DNA of 64,000 nucleotides from Micavibrio sp. (GTDB lineage Bacteria; Pseudomonadota; Alphaproteobacteria; Micavibrionales; UBA9664): NCBI GenBank assembly GCA_002699085.1, contig PAAR01000029.1, positions 1,249 to 65,248 of the forward strand, read 5' to 3'. Shown piece by piece: positions 63,583 to 64,000 of this stretch (position 1 is its first letter; each line of letters starts with the position of its first letter). The notes under the pieces were generated by a model. It saw only the letters and a program-made list of their open reading frames with translations, ran no database searches and was not told where the DNA came from. The position numbers and the translations under genes were made by a program.

Positions 63583-64000
63583 ATGTCTAAAAAGATGCTC
63601 ATCGATGCAGTGCATCCTGAAGAAACACGTGTTGTTGTAATGGACGACAACCGTATGGAAGATTTCGATTTCGAAAGCAAAGTAAAAACATCCTATAAAA
63701 GCAATATTTATCTCGCAAAGGTGACTCGTGTAGAGCCTTCTTTACAGGCCGCTTTTGTCAACTATGGTGGTAATCGCCATGGTTTCTTGCCATTCTCGGA
63801 AATCCATCCTGATTATTACCGTATTCCGATTGAAGACCGTCAACGCCTCATGGCCGAACAAGAAGAAATCGTCCGTAAAATCACTGAAGCCGCTGAAGCC
63901 AAAAGTAAAGATGGATCAGGTGAAGACCTAGGGGAAGATGATATTGATGCCTTAATCGAAGAAGTAAGTGCTGAAATCAACGGCGAGAAGAAAAAAGATA
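63583..64000 (+). CDS. rne: ribonuclease E (5' partial; runs off the window)
   Basis: MSKKMLIDAVHPEETRVVVMDDNRMEDFDFES...NIYLAKVTRVEPSLQAAFVNYGGNRHGFLPFSEIHPDYY is the S1-domain N-terminus of RNase E/G, alphaproteobacterial in style. Confidence 0.92.
   Translation, partial: MSKKMLIDAVHPEETRVVVMDDNRMEDFDFESKVKTSYKSNIYLAKVTRVEPSLQAAFVNYGGNRHGFLPFSEIHPDYYRIPIEDRQRLMAEQEEIVRKITEAAEAKSKDGSGEDLGEDDIDALIEEVSAEINGEKKKD

Noticed and set aside
1-64000. A scan for CRISPR arrays, rRNA genes, IS elements/transposases and large direct or inverted repeats.
   Set aside because: None was recognised by eye. The only tandem repeats noted are short in-frame coding repeats. A computational repeat search would be needed to be definitive.

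Overview
This is a 64-kb, gene-dense, moderately AT-rich (by eye) bacterial chromosomal window. I saw no rRNA, CRISPR array, transposase or integrase. The taxon is inferred, not proven: it looks alphaproteobacterial, based on the RNase E N-terminus MSKKMLIDAVHPEETRVVV...NIYLAKVTRVEPSLQAAF and a MaoC-Pta fusion. The gene content suggests a host-associated organism.

Layout:
(i) 1-21.4 kb holds respiration, redox, metal and central-metabolism genes: cydAB, ArsR plus a YgaP-like rhodanese, an AhpD-like protein, a P1B ATPase, fabI-pta-ackA, a beta-carbonic anhydrase and an ArsC-family protein. It also holds three orphan membrane proteins, a System II cytochrome c maturation set (ResB/CcsA/TlpA), a two-component pair and a DEAD-box helicase.
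(ii) 21.4-56.9 kb is the main feature. It is a Dot/Icm-like type IVB secretion system in two minus-strand blocks. One block is icmL-K-E-G-C-D-J-B plus two unknown coupled ORFs. The other is a dsbC/trbB-like gene, orf376, SLT and dotD-C-B-icmT. Each block follows IncI/R64 tra gene order. A complete R64-thin-pilus-like type IVb pilus operon (pilL-N-O-P-Q-R-S) physically separates the blocks. That operon ends in three giant pilin-headed PilV-like proteins, and a divergent pair of paralogous secreted proteins of unknown function lies next to it.
(iii) 57-64 kb holds a BI-1/YccA homolog, a eukaryote-like GT29 sialyltransferase homolog, an XRE regulator, an ABC-F ATPase, an Hpt-like/receiver pair, an orphan P-loop protein, tRNA-Ala(GGC) and the 5' end of rne.

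All family assignments come from motifs read directly in the translations. No database search was run.
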